A stretch of 46,127 bases of DNA from Asterionella formosa (lineage: Eukaryota). The DNA lies in the NCBI GenBank assembly GCA_002256025.1, contig NKIB01014205.1:1-46127 (forward strand). Reading direction: 5' to 3'. The notes under the pieces were generated by a model. That model searched no databases. It was not told where the DNA came from and saw only the letters and a program-made list of their open reading frames with translations. How positions within the stretch are numbered: the stretch's first letter is position 1; each line of letters begins with the position of its first letter. Shown here one piece after another: positions 23,630 through 35,359 of this stretch. The position numbers and the translations under genes are program-made.

Positions 23630-24871
23630 TTAGTTGGTCGCAGGCTCGTCTTCCTTCTTATTCTTGGCTGCCTTGCGCTCCAGACGAGCCTTGGCGCGTC
23701 CCTTTCTGGCATCTGCTTGGTCCACAAGGGCCTTTTCCTTGACCTTGACTGCCTTCATTTCATGAATGGTCTCAAGGAGGACACGCTTGTTCTTGAATTG
23801 ATTACCCTTGGCCAGCATATAAAGCGAGTGATGAATGTGCTTGTCAATCTTTTTGGCATCTCGCATCTTTGTCAATAGACGACGAAGGACTCGGATACGG
23901 CGCATCCAAATCACCTTGAATGGGAGACGGGCGTTGGAAGTACCTCGGCGCTTTCCGGTACCTGTGTATGTGTGTGAGTGACATGTGATCCTAAGTGTGT
24001 GATAATAGTGCATACTTGTTGTGAAATGTAGCAACAAATATGCGTGGAACGCGGACCGCCAGTTGTCTGGGCTGGCGAATGGTGCAAGCCCCTCGTACTC
24101 TTTGCAGAATGCGAAACGAACTCGACCATTCATATAGTCTTGCCCCGGTTGTAGAAGAAGAAGCGACTACAAACGCTTGTTCCCGATAGAGATGCTGCAT
24201 GCAGCATCACCCAAGGCATGTACGATTTCTACGACTTCTTCTCGCCAAGCAACTCACCAGTGTGTCGTCCCTTGCGCTTGGCTTCATTTCTCAACTGAAC
24301 GCGAGCCCGGGAATGAACGATAGCAGGCTTCTTGATAATCAGGCCATCACGATGCAAGCGAGTAATGTTGCGTCTCGAGTTCGCCAAGGAAATTTCATTG
24401 ATTTCATTGGGGTCCAACCAAATCTTGCGTTCTCCGCATTTGAGGACGGAAGCGGCGAGGCGCTTTTGAAGCTTAAGAGAGACTGTACGAACAAGAAAGA
24501 GCAGGAGTGAGAACAACATAAGGAGCGGCCAAATTACGGTAGCTAGTAATGCTATCTGACGGAAGGAACCAATACCAACTCCGGCGATGAAGCCTCACTC
24601 ATCGACATGATAGAGGCAGCAGCGTCCAGAACAAATATGAGAGCGGATCCGATGACAAGCAGCCCGCAATGAGCCCCAGAACCTATTTATTGACTCTGTC
24701 GACTCAACACACCATGGCGGCGTTCAATCCGTTCCTCGATTGCTGGGGCTTTATTCTGGTTTCTTTCCTAGCAATGCCTTTCATGCTCGTCTAGCGGTGC
24801 TCATAATTGCATTCAGCATGATCAATCCATTCAAATTCAATCGATTCAACAACAAAGAACGACATACCCAT
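23630..24871 (-). CDS. RPL19: 60S ribosomal protein L19 (eL19), 3 exons (24871-24868, 24482-24258, 23961-23630), 186 aa
   Basis: [66 protein letters not shown]; introns of 385 and 296 nt, GT-AG. Confidence 0.95.
24010..24218 (-). ncRNA. Candidate structured intronic RNA (H/ACA snoRNA-like or splicing-regulatory element) in RPL19 intron 2
   Basis: Contiguous stems incl. an 18-nt palindrome, a GCAA-capped long hairpin, a 12-bp stem, and an ANANNA (AGACUA) box directly after the first domain. Confidence 0.5.
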
Positions 24872-25079
24872 GGTCAAGAAAACAACGAAAGTGCCTTTTG
24901 ACGGCTGCGCACAAAATTCACTGTCAGAAGTGGGCCTCGTATCTTTTTCGTGTAGACTTTACGACGATGAGACGAAGTAAGGCCGGTAAGTTGGTCCTCT
25001 TGTCTGCCTGTAGCTTTTAGTTGCTACCTGTGGTGAATGTGCGTAGGACTTGTCTGTGTGATGACACACGATAACCCTA

Positions 25080-25340
25080 TCCCTACCGGTAATCATGATT
25101 GTCAAAGCTCTCTACTACCGGTATGTACATAGGTGCCAGCAGTAGACTACCGGTACGTTACAGCCGATATGCTCGTCAAGATGGAATAATCTACCGGTAG
25201 GTATGCCATGTGGTGCATTTTTGTCTGTATGTGTAGTAAGTGAAACTACGGTACCTGGTAGACTACAAGCTACCTACCATACCGGTAGTCTATCATGACA
25301 ATTATATGAAATACCGATACAATACATTACCCTGGTACAT
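25080..25340. repeat. TACCGGTA/GGTACCTGGTA motifs in the divergent RPL19-Bud32 promoter
   Basis: TACCGGTA recurs about five times, several as CTACCGGTA, plus GGTACCTGGTAG. Confidence 0.65.
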
Positions 25341-25385
25341 ATTTTCGAGACCACCCCAACACAAAATTGACATCCTGTTATCAGC

Positions 25386-26123
25386 ATGACGACGAAACCC
25401 ACCACCAACAAAGAACCAACAAATCCTCCTCCACCATTTCAGCCCAAACCATCATGGACTCTTATTTCTCAAGGTGCCGAAGCTCGGATATGGAAAATTC
25501 CTAATTACTTTCCAAACAATCGCTTTGCCATTTGCAAGGAACGGTTTGTCAAGGCCTATCGACATGCAACATTGGATGCTAAACTTAACAAGCAACGTTG
25601 CAAATCAGAGGGGAAATGCATGCTCAAGGGAAGGAAAGGTGGTGTTGCAACTCCAACGCTCTATGGAGTGCAACCACCTTGCATTTATATGGAGTATGTC
25701 AATGGTGTGACGGTACGACAGTGGTTGGAAGAACAAGCGCAGGGTAGCACGGCTACCGGTAGAACTACCATTACATACAAGACATTGGCAGAAAGCATTG
25801 GAAGAATCGTAGCTACATTACATAATACAGGTACCATTCATGGAGATTTAACCACTTCCAACATGATGTTGGAGGATACGCATCATACGTTGCAGTTGAT
25901 TGATTTTGGACTTGCAAGGGTTTCGTCCAACCCAGAGGAATTGGCGGTTGATTTGTATGTTCTGGAACGTGCTATTATATCGACTCATCCAGAAGTGGAG
26001 AACATTGGATTTACAGATGATATATTGAAGGAATACAAGGCTGTGAGTAAAAAGTCGGATGCTGTACTGCAGAGATTAAGTCAAGTGAGGTTGCGAGGGA
26101 GAAAGCGAGAGTGTTTTGGGTAG
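25386..26123 (+). CDS. BUD32: KEOPS complex kinase Bud32/TP53RK (PRPK)
   Basis: LISQGAEA, KERFVKAYRH..LD, IHGDLTTSNMML, IDFGLA, AVDLYVLERA, C-terminal VRLRGRKR. Confidence 0.93.
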   Translation: MTTKPTTNKEPTNPPPPFQPKPSWTLISQGAEARIWKIPNYFPNNRFAICKERFVKAYRHATLDAKLNKQRCKSEGKCMLKGRKGGVATPTLYGVQPPCIYMEYVNGVTVRQWLEEQAQGSTATGRTTITYKTLAESIGRIVATLHNTGTIHGDLTTSNMMLEDTHHTLQLIDFGLARVSSNPEELAVDLYVLERAIISTHPEVENIGFTDDILKEYKAVSKKSDAVLQRLSQVRLRGRKRECFG

Positions 26124-26387
26124 GTTGTCAATTCTATGTAGTTCTTATAGAAATATGCAATGCTCCATCATAGTTTGTGGCGGTGGAGAGTATATACTTG
26201 AAGTAAATGGTGGTGGCTTTGCGAGTAGAGTCTACTTTACTGTTCTCGCATCGTAAGTATTGATTTCACCACTCAAAATGCCATCTTGCCACAAACCCTG
26301 ATCTACCCCCTGAATTATATCAGTAACGTCCTCTCCAACGTCCATAAAATCCAAAGAAATGTCATTGGACGACTGAATCGTTGGTGG

Positions 26388-27500
26388 TTAAGAAAATTGC
26401 ATGTCCAACCACTCTTGAATCGCTGGAATTTGGTACGCTGGTTCGAACAACAAAGAATTGGACTCAATACTAATCAACGGCTTGTGAGAAGTGACTTCTT
26501 CAAATGCGTACAAGACCACTGCCAACATGGCCATTCGACTATTCCATAATTCTCGCTCCACCATATTGCGTTTCATTCGATCATCGCCGCCCTCCAAGAT
26601 GCACAGAGGGTCCCAAAAGCAATCTCCTGGCAAAAATGCTTCGCCTATATTATTTTGTTCCTTCATTTGTGAGCTGTAAATATCCAAATATCCCAAAAGC
26701 AGCATGACGGCAGTCATGAAAAGCGGAATATAGGGGAGAGTGATTCCCGAGTAAATGAGTGATCCAAATTGGTCTTCGTCTAACAACAGTCGGTCCAGCA
26801 TTTCTTGGAGGGGCCACAAGACAGCTGCCAACATGGCAAGTCTGCCGTGACGAATTTCTGCTTCGCGGTAATCTCGGAGTATAAGTGCGTTAGGTCTGCT
26901 TATTGGTGGCGTGTATGTCTTGGTTCCAAAGTTCCAAAAATAAGTTTGGGCCCGACCAATATAATCCTTCGTCGATAATCCCAATGGATCAAAGCCCAAA
27001 TCACCAGGCAAACAGCCAGAGCCCACGTCTGCAGCTACGGGTACAACTCCTTTCATTAAAGCTTGCTCCAATGAATTGGCTGATTTAATGTTGACCGGTA
27101 CCTGTTGTTGTTGTTGTTGTTGTCGTTGCTCAAATTCAGACTGCATGAACTCATCATCAAACAAATCCATAAAGTCATCATCATCGTTATATTCATAATC
27201 ATCCACATTATAATCCTCGTCTAATACTCCCTCATTTTTGAATTCTTGAATAATTTGATCCATAGATTCAATCCTAGCAAGTTCTGTCATTAAAAAATCA
27301 TCATCGTCGTCATAATACTCGTCGCTATTGGTGGTAGTAGTGTACAAAAGGACACTTGGCGGATGGACAGTACGGCAAATCATCTGTGGTTCTATTATTG
27401 CCCTAGAGTGGCGTCGTTCATCATGACGATGATGATCACGATCATGTGTGGCACTATTACTACAGAATGCTGCGGCAAACGCAATCGTTGGGTTCCTCAT
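26388..27500 (-). CDS. Light-harvesting complex (chlorophyll-binding) family protein with acidic/polyQ N-terminal extension
   Basis: LPGDLGFDPLGL; REAEIRHGRLAMLAA; PGDCFWDPL; ERELWNSRMAMLAV. Confidence 0.85.
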   Translation of the reverse strand: MRNPTIAFAAAFCSNSATHDRDHHRHDERRHSRAIIEPQMICRTVHPPSVLLYTTTTNSDEYYDDDDDFLMTELARIESMDQIIQEFKNEGVLDEDYNVDDYEYNDDDDFMDLFDDEFMQSEFEQRQQQQQQQVPVNIKSANSLEQALMKGVVPVAADVGSGCLPGDLGFDPLGLSTKDYIGRAQTYFWNFGTKTYTPPISRPNALILRDYREAEIRHGRLAMLAAVLWPLQEMLDRLLLDEDQFGSLIYSGITLPYIPLFMTAVMLLLGYLDIYSSQMKEQNNIGEAFLPGDCFWDPLCILEGGDDRMKRNMVERELWNSRMAMLAVVLYAFEEVTSHKPLISIESNSLLFEPAYQIPAIQEWLDMQFS

Positions 27501-27705
27501 GGTTGATATCTCTCTGCTCCCAGGGCAAGATCACGAATATTATTTTTTTATACAAAAAAAATTATCATCAAGAGAATGTACCGATTTGATGAAGATTATA
27601 AGGAGTCCGGTTCCGTATATCCCACATCTAAATGTACGGTATGTACAGGTACACAGTGTATGTGGATATTGATAGGGCGCATCCCTCTGTCGCAAAACCA
27701 TCATA

Positions 27706-27990
27706 GGTACCTGGTACCTGGTACCAGTAACTGTACCAGGTACCAGGTGCTGCTACGAAGAGTGTACATACCAGGGTACCATTTACGAGGGTCCCTGGTA
27801 CCAGGTACCAGTACCGTATGTATGGACACTCTCCTATCGATAATAAATATAATACCGGTATATAAATTTAGTCTAAAAGTTGATATCTGCCTTTACCGGT
27901 ATGGATGATGCCTATGATATTTACCGCCCAGTGGCAATACATTAAAAAAACGCTGTATCTTTGTATACGCATACCGGTACCGGTATTACT
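27706..27990. repeat. GGTACC/CCWGG array in divergent LHC-AFG1 promoter region
   Basis: AGGTACCTGGTACCTGGTACCAG, GTACCAGGTACCAGGT, CCTGGTACCAGGTACCAGTACC, TACCGGTACCGGTA. Confidence 0.75.
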
Positions 27991-28651
27991 GGTAGTTGCT
28001 TGTGAGTTGTCGAATGTCGGGAACGGAAAGGAATGATATTGTCTACCAGTACATTCATTGCTGTGTAATACACATGCCCGTTGTCTCTGTACCGAATGTG
28101 ACTATTTTCGAGCTATTTTCATACATAGCCTGCTGGGACGGTTGGTAAAAGACGGGATTACTATGAAGAAAACGATTCTAAAGTTCTCAACAAAGGTCGT
28201 TCAGTCAACAAGGCCAGGAGACTAAGTACTGGCAGTTCCTTCTTGTTCTTAGCCACCCCATGTAAGTACCCCTTGTACTGGAAATAGAGAAGCAATTCTT
28301 TTATGGACCGGTATGACTAAGAAATATTTATGAGCAGTACTGTTTTGGCTGTTGCTGATGTGGTAATGACGATGATGAGCGAGGTTTTTCGCTTTGATGA
28401 AGGAAAGAAGCAGCAAAGTGGATACTGGTACATTGGCAATTTATAATGCTAGCTACGTGCCGGTATACCGGTGTTCTATTGGAAAAATAATCAATATGTT
28501 ACCATTTTAATTAAAATACCCATACTGTACGTAATAGGGAGTCAAATTGTAAGTAGATTTTCCCATTAATGGCCCAAATAGTAAACCACAAAGCCCAAAT
28601 CTCGTCCATGGCATATGTTGTTACTTCTTCATTTCATTAGTCTACCACACC

Positions 28652-29947
28652 ATGCTCGCCCAAAGCGTATTGGCGCTATCTCTGAGGAGCAGCAACAGCA
28701 GCAAAAAACTGTTGCATCCCACTCTAAGAAGACGCCGATCAACAACGACAAATGACCATCTCCAAAGCCTGTACCACTCCATGATTGCCAAACAAAATGG
28801 GATTCATCTCGATGTATATCAGCTTCGGGCCATCCAAGCATTGGATCGACTGTACAATGATTTGAAAGTGGATAAAGAAGATGCACCAACGAGCTTCTTC
28901 TGGAGTTCCGCAAAGCCACAACCACCCCCGAAAGGTGTTTACTTACACGGAGGTGTGGGATGCGGGAAAACATTTTGTATGAATCTATTCTTCCAAGAAG
29001 CTCCCACAAAATCGAAACAAGCGGTGCACTTTCACAAATTCATGTTGTCGGTTCATCAACAGATGCACAATGCTAAAAAGACACACAACTTGCAAGGATC
29101 GGCCATTTTGGAACATGTCGTTAACAACATCCTGGAACAGGGGAAGCTCATTTGCTTTGATGAATTTCAAGTTACAGATGTAGGAGATGCTATGGTATTG
29201 CAACGCTTATTTACTTCGTTACTACAACAAGGATGTGTCATTGTCGCAACCTCAAATCGGCCTCCCTCGGATTTGTACTTGGGTGGTCTACAACGAGATC
29301 GATTTATTCCGTTCATTCGATTATTGGAACAAAAGTGCCAAGTCATTGACATGTGGGAAAGTGAAACAGACTACCGACTGGTGCAAGGAAACCAGGCGAA
29401 GGATGTTTACTTTGTGGGACACAAACAAGGCTTTGAAGAAATATTTCAGACCCTTACCAAGGATACTCCAGTCATGTACACCAACTTGTCAACGCAAGGA
29501 CGACTAGTGCCAGTCCCCCGGGCGGTTCCCACCAAGGGAGTTTGCCGGTTCACCTTTCAAGAACTTTGTCAAAAAGCCTTGGGGGCGGCGGACTACTTAG
29601 TGATTGGTCAACACTTTCATACAGTATTTTTGGAAGACGTTCCGAAGCTTAGTATCCATGAGATTAACTGGGTCCGCCGCTTTATTGTGTTTATCGATAG
29701 TATGTACGAATGTCATGTCAAACTTATTATTTCTGCCATGGGTCAACCAGATGAAATATTCCAAGTTGATTTGGAAAATAAAAGTCATGATGAAGTCTTC
29801 GCCTTTGATAGGACAAGATCGAGATTGGAAGAAATGAGGTCGTCAACTTATTTGACCAAGCGATGGGTGGGACATGAATCGACTGAAGAGGATCCATTGA
29901 AATTACTTAGTGTCGGCGAAAGCAATCATGCCACAATCAAAGGATAA
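28652..29947 (+). CDS. AFG1: AFG1/LACE1 (ZapE-like) mitochondrial AAA+ ATPase
   Basis: PKGVYLHGGVGCGKT (Walker A), HFHKFM, LICFDEFQVTD (Walker B), ATSNRPP..LY..GLQR, LGAADY, RRFIVFID.MYE, FAFDRTRSRL.EM; basic presequence. Confidence 0.93.
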   Translation: MLAQSVLALSLRSSNSSKKLLHPTLRRRRSTTTNDHLQSLYHSMIAKQNGIHLDVYQLRAIQALDRLYNDLKVDKEDAPTSFFWSSAKPQPPPKGVYLHGGVGCGKTFCMNLFFQEAPTKSKQAVHFHKFMLSVHQQMHNAKKTHNLQGSAILEHVVNNILEQGKLICFDEFQVTDVGDAMVLQRLFTSLLQQGCVIVATSNRPPSDLYLGGLQRDRFIPFIRLLEQKCQVIDMWESETDYRLVQGNQAKDVYFVGHKQGFEEIFQTLTKDTPVMYTNLSTQGRLVPVPRAVPTKGVCRFTFQELCQKALGAADYLVIGQHFHTVFLEDVPKLSIHEINWVRRFIVFIDSMYECHVKLIISAMGQPDEIFQVDLENKSHDEVFAFDRTRSRLEEMRSSTYLTKRWVGHESTEEDPLKLLSVGESNHATIKG

Positions 29948-30230
29948 AATCTGCAAACATCTGGCGTTTGTTTGTTAGTGGAAATCAATTCTTGAATTCA
30001 ATCCATCCTTTGCTGCACAAGTTGGATTTGATGCCATCCACAAAGTAGCAAACTTATTAACTTAACCCACCATGGTCCAGCACATGGAATTTTGAATGAT
30101 AGAACGAGCATCTATCGGACTCAAATGAATTGCTTTCACCAAAAGATTTCCCTCAGATTTACCAAACCCGTCGTGGTCCAGCATACGAAATTTTGAACAA
30201 TAGGGAACACAAATGAACGGCAACGCTTCT

Positions 30231-33200
30231 TTAGAAATCCTGGAAGGCACGGAACTTTGCTCCGAGACTCTGTAATTTCTGAGTTGCAATAATCTAGAAA
30301 TGCGAGCAAAAGAATGAGCTACAGCGATAAACTAGAAACCCAAATCGGAAGCATGTAAATACTCACCAGATGAACAACTTGGCGAAACTTAGCCTTTGGA
30401 TGGAAATCTTTCAACTGCTCCTTGTTGGACGCTAAATTGTTTTTGCCCAGTGTGTCCACGTCGGCATTGATCCATGCACTCTTTAACGCTTCAGCAGCAG
30501 ATAAGCGTGTGTCAGGGTCAACTGTTAACAAGCCTCGCACCAAATCTTTCGCATCGTTGGAGACATGACTCCAATATTTAGAGTGAAATTTATAGTTTCC
30601 ATATCGAGTATTCTTCATAACTTCGTCAGATTCTCCTTGAAATGGACGATAACCTCCCAAGACAATGTAGATGATTACCCCAAGACTCCACATGTCGCAT
30701 TTCACATCATACGCAGGTCTATGCTCAAGAATTTCGGGTGCAACGTAGCCTTCAGTGCCGCATTGTGTCCGAAGTGAATTGGGAAAGAGTACTTTCTTAG
30801 CGTAACCAAAATCAGAGATCTTAACATCGGTATCACTCGTTTTGGACACCAATAACAAGTTCTCAGGCTTGAGATTTCGGTTAGCAATCTTACGAGAGTG
30901 ACAAAATTCCACACCAAATAGCAGTTGCCTGCAGACTTCCCTAGCATCGCCTTCACTATAGTGAGCCCTTTCAAGAATGCGGTCGATTAAGTCACCTCCG
31001 TCCATCCGTTCAAGAACGATATAGATGTTATCTGTTTCCTCAAAGACATCTCGAATTTTGACAATGTAAGGACAGTCAGCGAGAACCTTCAGAGCTGTAA
31101 TCTCATCCTGTAAGGCTACTGCATCACTTGGATGAAGATCGTTTCGTCGGACACACTTGATTGCATATGGATTGTTGGACTTAGAATGATTTGCCTCATA
31201 AACAGTGGAGAACTCGCCGGATCCAAGCTGCTTTCCGAGGTTGTAAAGGTCACTGAAGCGAGCGCCACCGGATGAACCCTCTTCTAACAGCTCGTTCGAA
31301 GTCACGACAGATTCTTCAAGCACCTGCCCATCGTTATCTCGCTTGATTGCTCCGCGAGTGTCAAGGGCATAATTGAACGAGTCTCCGAGGGTGGTCATCT
31401 TCCTAGCCGCAACCAGTGCTGTCATAGTTTCTTGTTGATTCTCCTCATGAAGCGAAGTCCTTATTCTCTCTCGAGCACCCGACAAATCCTTGATCGTCAG
31501 TCTTTCCTCGTCCGCATTCATCCACTCGTTTTGTAGCGCTTCCTCTGCTGTAAAACGAATTTCAGGATTTATTTGCAGCAAGGCAGAAACCAAATCCTTT
31601 GCTCCACCTGAAATTGACGACCAGTGCTCGTCCTGAAACTCGTATTCTCCCTTTAAGATTGTCATTGCTAGGTCCTCGATGGGCCCCGTAAATGGAGCAT
31701 ACCCTCCAAGTAAAATGAATGTAACAACGCCGCAACTCCACATGTCTACCCTTTCATCGTATCCCTTCGAATTTAAGGCAATGACTTCGGGAGCGACATA
31801 CGCCGGAGTACCGCAAAGAGTTCTAAGGCAATTTTTCTTGCCCACCTTCTTTGCAAATCCAAAATTTGTTATCTTGATACTCGTGTCGTTTCCAGGTTCC
31901 TGATGGCATAAGCGGTATTAGGTACAGTAGGTGTGTATATATTGAAGGTTACCAAGAACGTACCACAAGCAACAAATTCTCTGGCTTGATGTCGCGATGA
32001 GCAATATTCTTCTTGTGGCAATAGTCGAGTGCATCGAGTAAAACCTTTATTGTTTGCCGAACCTCCCTTTCGGTGTACATTTCTTGATCAACGAGGTGCC
32101 GTAACAATTCGCCGCCACCCATCTCTTCCATAATCATGTATGTCACGTCAACTTCTTCGAAAACATCGTGAAGGCGAACTATGTGAGGCCCGCCACGGAG
32201 GAGCTTCAATGCTTGGATTTCATCCTTGAGAGCATCCAGGGCACCAGCCGGTAACTTTGAGAGAGGGACTTTCTTACAGGCGAACTTTTCGAATGGTGGC
32301 TTCTTGTGAGTTGCTTGGTACACTGAAGCGAAGCCGCCTTCTCCGAGCTATGAGGGCATGAAAAATTAGAATGAGAAACTCAAATAAAGTAGTGAAATCT
32401 CCCCCAAAAGACAAAAAACTCACCAATTCACCAAGGGAATAGAATGTGTCAAAAGGTTGACCCTCTTCAGATTCTAACAGTTGAGATTTCGCGTTTGGGT
32501 TCATAGATGGTCTTGTTTTAAAGGATGACTCGTCTCCTCGCTTGTGCTCGAGATATTTCTTGAATCCCTCGTTCAGATCTTCCAAGCGACGGGGCTCAAC
32601 TACGTGGGCAACAGCAGCCTTTATCTTCTTCGTGGCACCAGTAAGAGACGCTTTCAACTTTTCCATATTCGCACTTGACCGTCGTCGACAGGGCTGCTCG
32701 TCCATCTCCACCATGTATCCTTGCTGGAGAGCCTCAGTGGCTGACAATCGTTTGTTGGGTTTTATCGTTAGCAATTTGGTGACAAGTTCCTTTGCATTTC
32801 CGGAAATATCTCGCCAATAGGCGGGATCAAAGCCGTACTGGCCATTTCGTGTTCTATCAAAGACCATGTCGTCTTCATCATCTTCAAACGGTAAATATCC
32901 ACCAAGAAGAAGGAAAAGAATTACACCAACAGACCAAAGGTCACACTTGGTGTCGTAGGCTGGCCAACGCTCGAGAATCTCAGGTGCTAGGTAACCGGGT
33001 GTACCACAAAGCGTGCGACACCCGTTTCGTTCCGAAATTTCCTTGGCAAAGCCAAAATCAGCAAGTTTTATATCTGTGTCTTTTCCTTTGGTCTGCAAAA
33101 CACCGTACAAAGGGACGACGTTCATGTCAGCCACCGAAGAGAACAAAGGTCGATGTTGATACTGGCTTCCTTACACGTACTATTGCCTAGTAATTCGCAC

Positions 33201-33803
33201 TCACCGGAAGCAACAAATTCTCTGGTTTCAAATCTCGATGTACTACTCTTTTTGCATGCATGTACTCCAATGCTTCCAACATGCACCTAGTGACTTCCCT
33301 GGCTTCCAACTCAGAAAAGATTCTTTTTCGATTGATGCGATCAAACAGGTCACCACCATTCATCAGCTCCATGACAAGATAGCAGTAGCGCAGCTCGTAA
33401 TACTCATCACAGAGCTGAACAATGTGCGGACCGTCTCGAACTGCCTTCAACGTAGTGACTTCATCCTTCACTGCGTCACTTTTGGATCTATCAATAATCT
33501 TAATGGCATAGTTCTTTTTTGATTTGTTGTTTGTCCCAATATAGACAGTCGCGAATATGCCCGATCCAATCTAACCAAATATTTATAATAGTGAGTTTTG
33601 CAAAATGGAGTGAGCACACAAAGAACGCAACATGTATGTACCTCAGCTGACGGCGTTGGCCCACGTCGGGCCTCTACCTTTATACTCACCTGCTTGCCTA
33701 CTGCATAATCATTTGAAAAGTTGCCCTTGGCCGTCGGATGTTGGTCTCTTGGCTTGGGAAGGAAGCAACTCCCAATCGAGACACAGCAATGGCGAAGAGT
33801 CAT
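30231..33803 (-). CDS. Triple-kinase-domain CaMK-like protein, copy A; 6 exons (33803-33690, 33570-33205, 33092-32424, 32347-31964, 31899-30367, 30293-30231), ~1042 aa
   Basis: Three full kinase folds (HRDLKPEN/DFG; HRDIKPEN/NFG; NRNLKPEN/DFG); five phase-0 GT-AG introns; start codon is the least certain part. Confidence 0.85.
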
Positions 33804-34199
33804 ACTTTCCGCACTTGAGCTTGTTGTTGTACGTGTAGTACATAAATGTATAAATGAAAATGTAAATGCAGCCGTGCAACGCTTCGCCAACAATTTTAAT
33901 AATTGTCAGTAACACCAAAACGGACAAAGAAGTACCCAATTCAAACAAAACACTCGCTTGCTGTAGTCTAGCTCACGGACGAAGGTTCGATCCCAAGTAT
34001 CAGATGCTGCCTGCAGAATGAAAGCAAGAAACAAGCAAAACACACAACTGTGCCGGGGTATTTGAAAATAATGGTTTGGCGTTGATCAAGACGAAGGAAC
34101 GAAGAACATGGGGCGCTAGTGTTATAATACTTATGTACCGTCTTTTATGTTCATGGTACGTAAATCGTCATAATACATGCACGTGGATGCTAGAGCCAA

Positions 34200-34285
34200 C
34201 CTGGGTACCGGTAATCTTGTGACAATTGTGAACACTCTTTTGACCATACCTGGTACCTGGTACCAGGTACCGGTACTGGTACCTT
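34200..34285. repeat. GGTACC/CCWGG array upstream of kinase copy A
   Basis: TACCTGGTACCTGGTACCAGGTACCGGTACTGGTACC. Confidence 0.75.
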
Positions 34286-35359
34286 GGTCAACAACTCTTG
34301 AATGAAGGGGAGTAGACTACTACTGGTAGTAAGTATAGCAGAAGAATATTGCAATGGACCTACCGGTATGGTAAGTTGAAACACATAAAGTCAAATGAAT
34401 CTTGTTTGCATCTCCTAAAACAGCCCAGTCATGATCTTATGAGTCTAGTCATGAACATGATGAACATGAATCAATCTTTATTCATACATGCTGAATCAAT
34501 CTTTCAGTCTTGTCATGAACATGAGTTGATTTACACATATATGACTTAATTTTTGTTTGGTTGGTTTGCTTGAAGTTAATTCTATGCACTCACTTAATTT
34601 GGAAATACCAATAGAGTCGAATCTATCTACCAACATTCTCCTAAATTCACAGTGATCCTTCAATTCACTGCCTAGCACCTACATTGCTGAGTATATATAT
34701 CAAGATATATATACTTTTTTCAATGAGTCAAACTCCTTTCAGGTTAATCTATGACTTCTCTTTCAAGTTGGTAAAGTCATTCAATGGTGAACAGGCATAG
34801 TTTGGTGGAGACACATACAACCAATAGTATGTATGTATGTACTCGAGCTTGAATCTATAGACTTATGACAGACAGCCACCAACTGCTACTACTGACAGTA
34901 TATCATACAATGTATTAAATAAATTTATATAGCACAAGTACGTAGAAGAAAGCATTATATTTTGAATCATTGCATCCCTCAAACTATTGAAGTACTGAAA
35001 ATGCTAGTCAAACAAGAAGATCACCTTTTGTGTAGCTAGGTGTGCTGAAAAGGGCGAACAAAAACTTTGAACATGGCAAGTAAGATGGTAGAATGCAGAA
35101 GAAGAATAATAAGAAAATTTCTTATTCTTAAACAATGCTAGTAAAAAGGAAAATTGCCATAGGGTGTGGCAACATGATTTCTATATTTATTTTGTGTTAA
35201 TCACCCATATGCTTGCACCAGCTACAATTGGGTGAAAAGAAATCCTGATGACTTTAATGAAAACACATTGGTTTTCCGGGAAAATTAGTCTTTCAGACAC
35301 TACTAACATTTATTGACCTGCATTAAACACTCATCCACCAAATTGAGGTCACTTCATTT

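Noticed and set aside
24092..24099. AGUACGAG in RPL19 intron 2 matching part of the sarcin-ricin loop
   Set aside because: Only 8 nt, and base-paired in a different context; chance match likely
33969..33994. TAGCTCACGG...GGTTCGATCCC resembling tRNA A and B boxes
   Set aside because: The boxes are only ~5 nt apart, with no anticodon arm or acceptor stem; not a tRNA
34425..34530. Direct repeats GTCATGAACATGA and TGAATCAATCTTT
   Set aside because: Only two copies each within CpG-poor relic DNA; no boundaries or family can be supported
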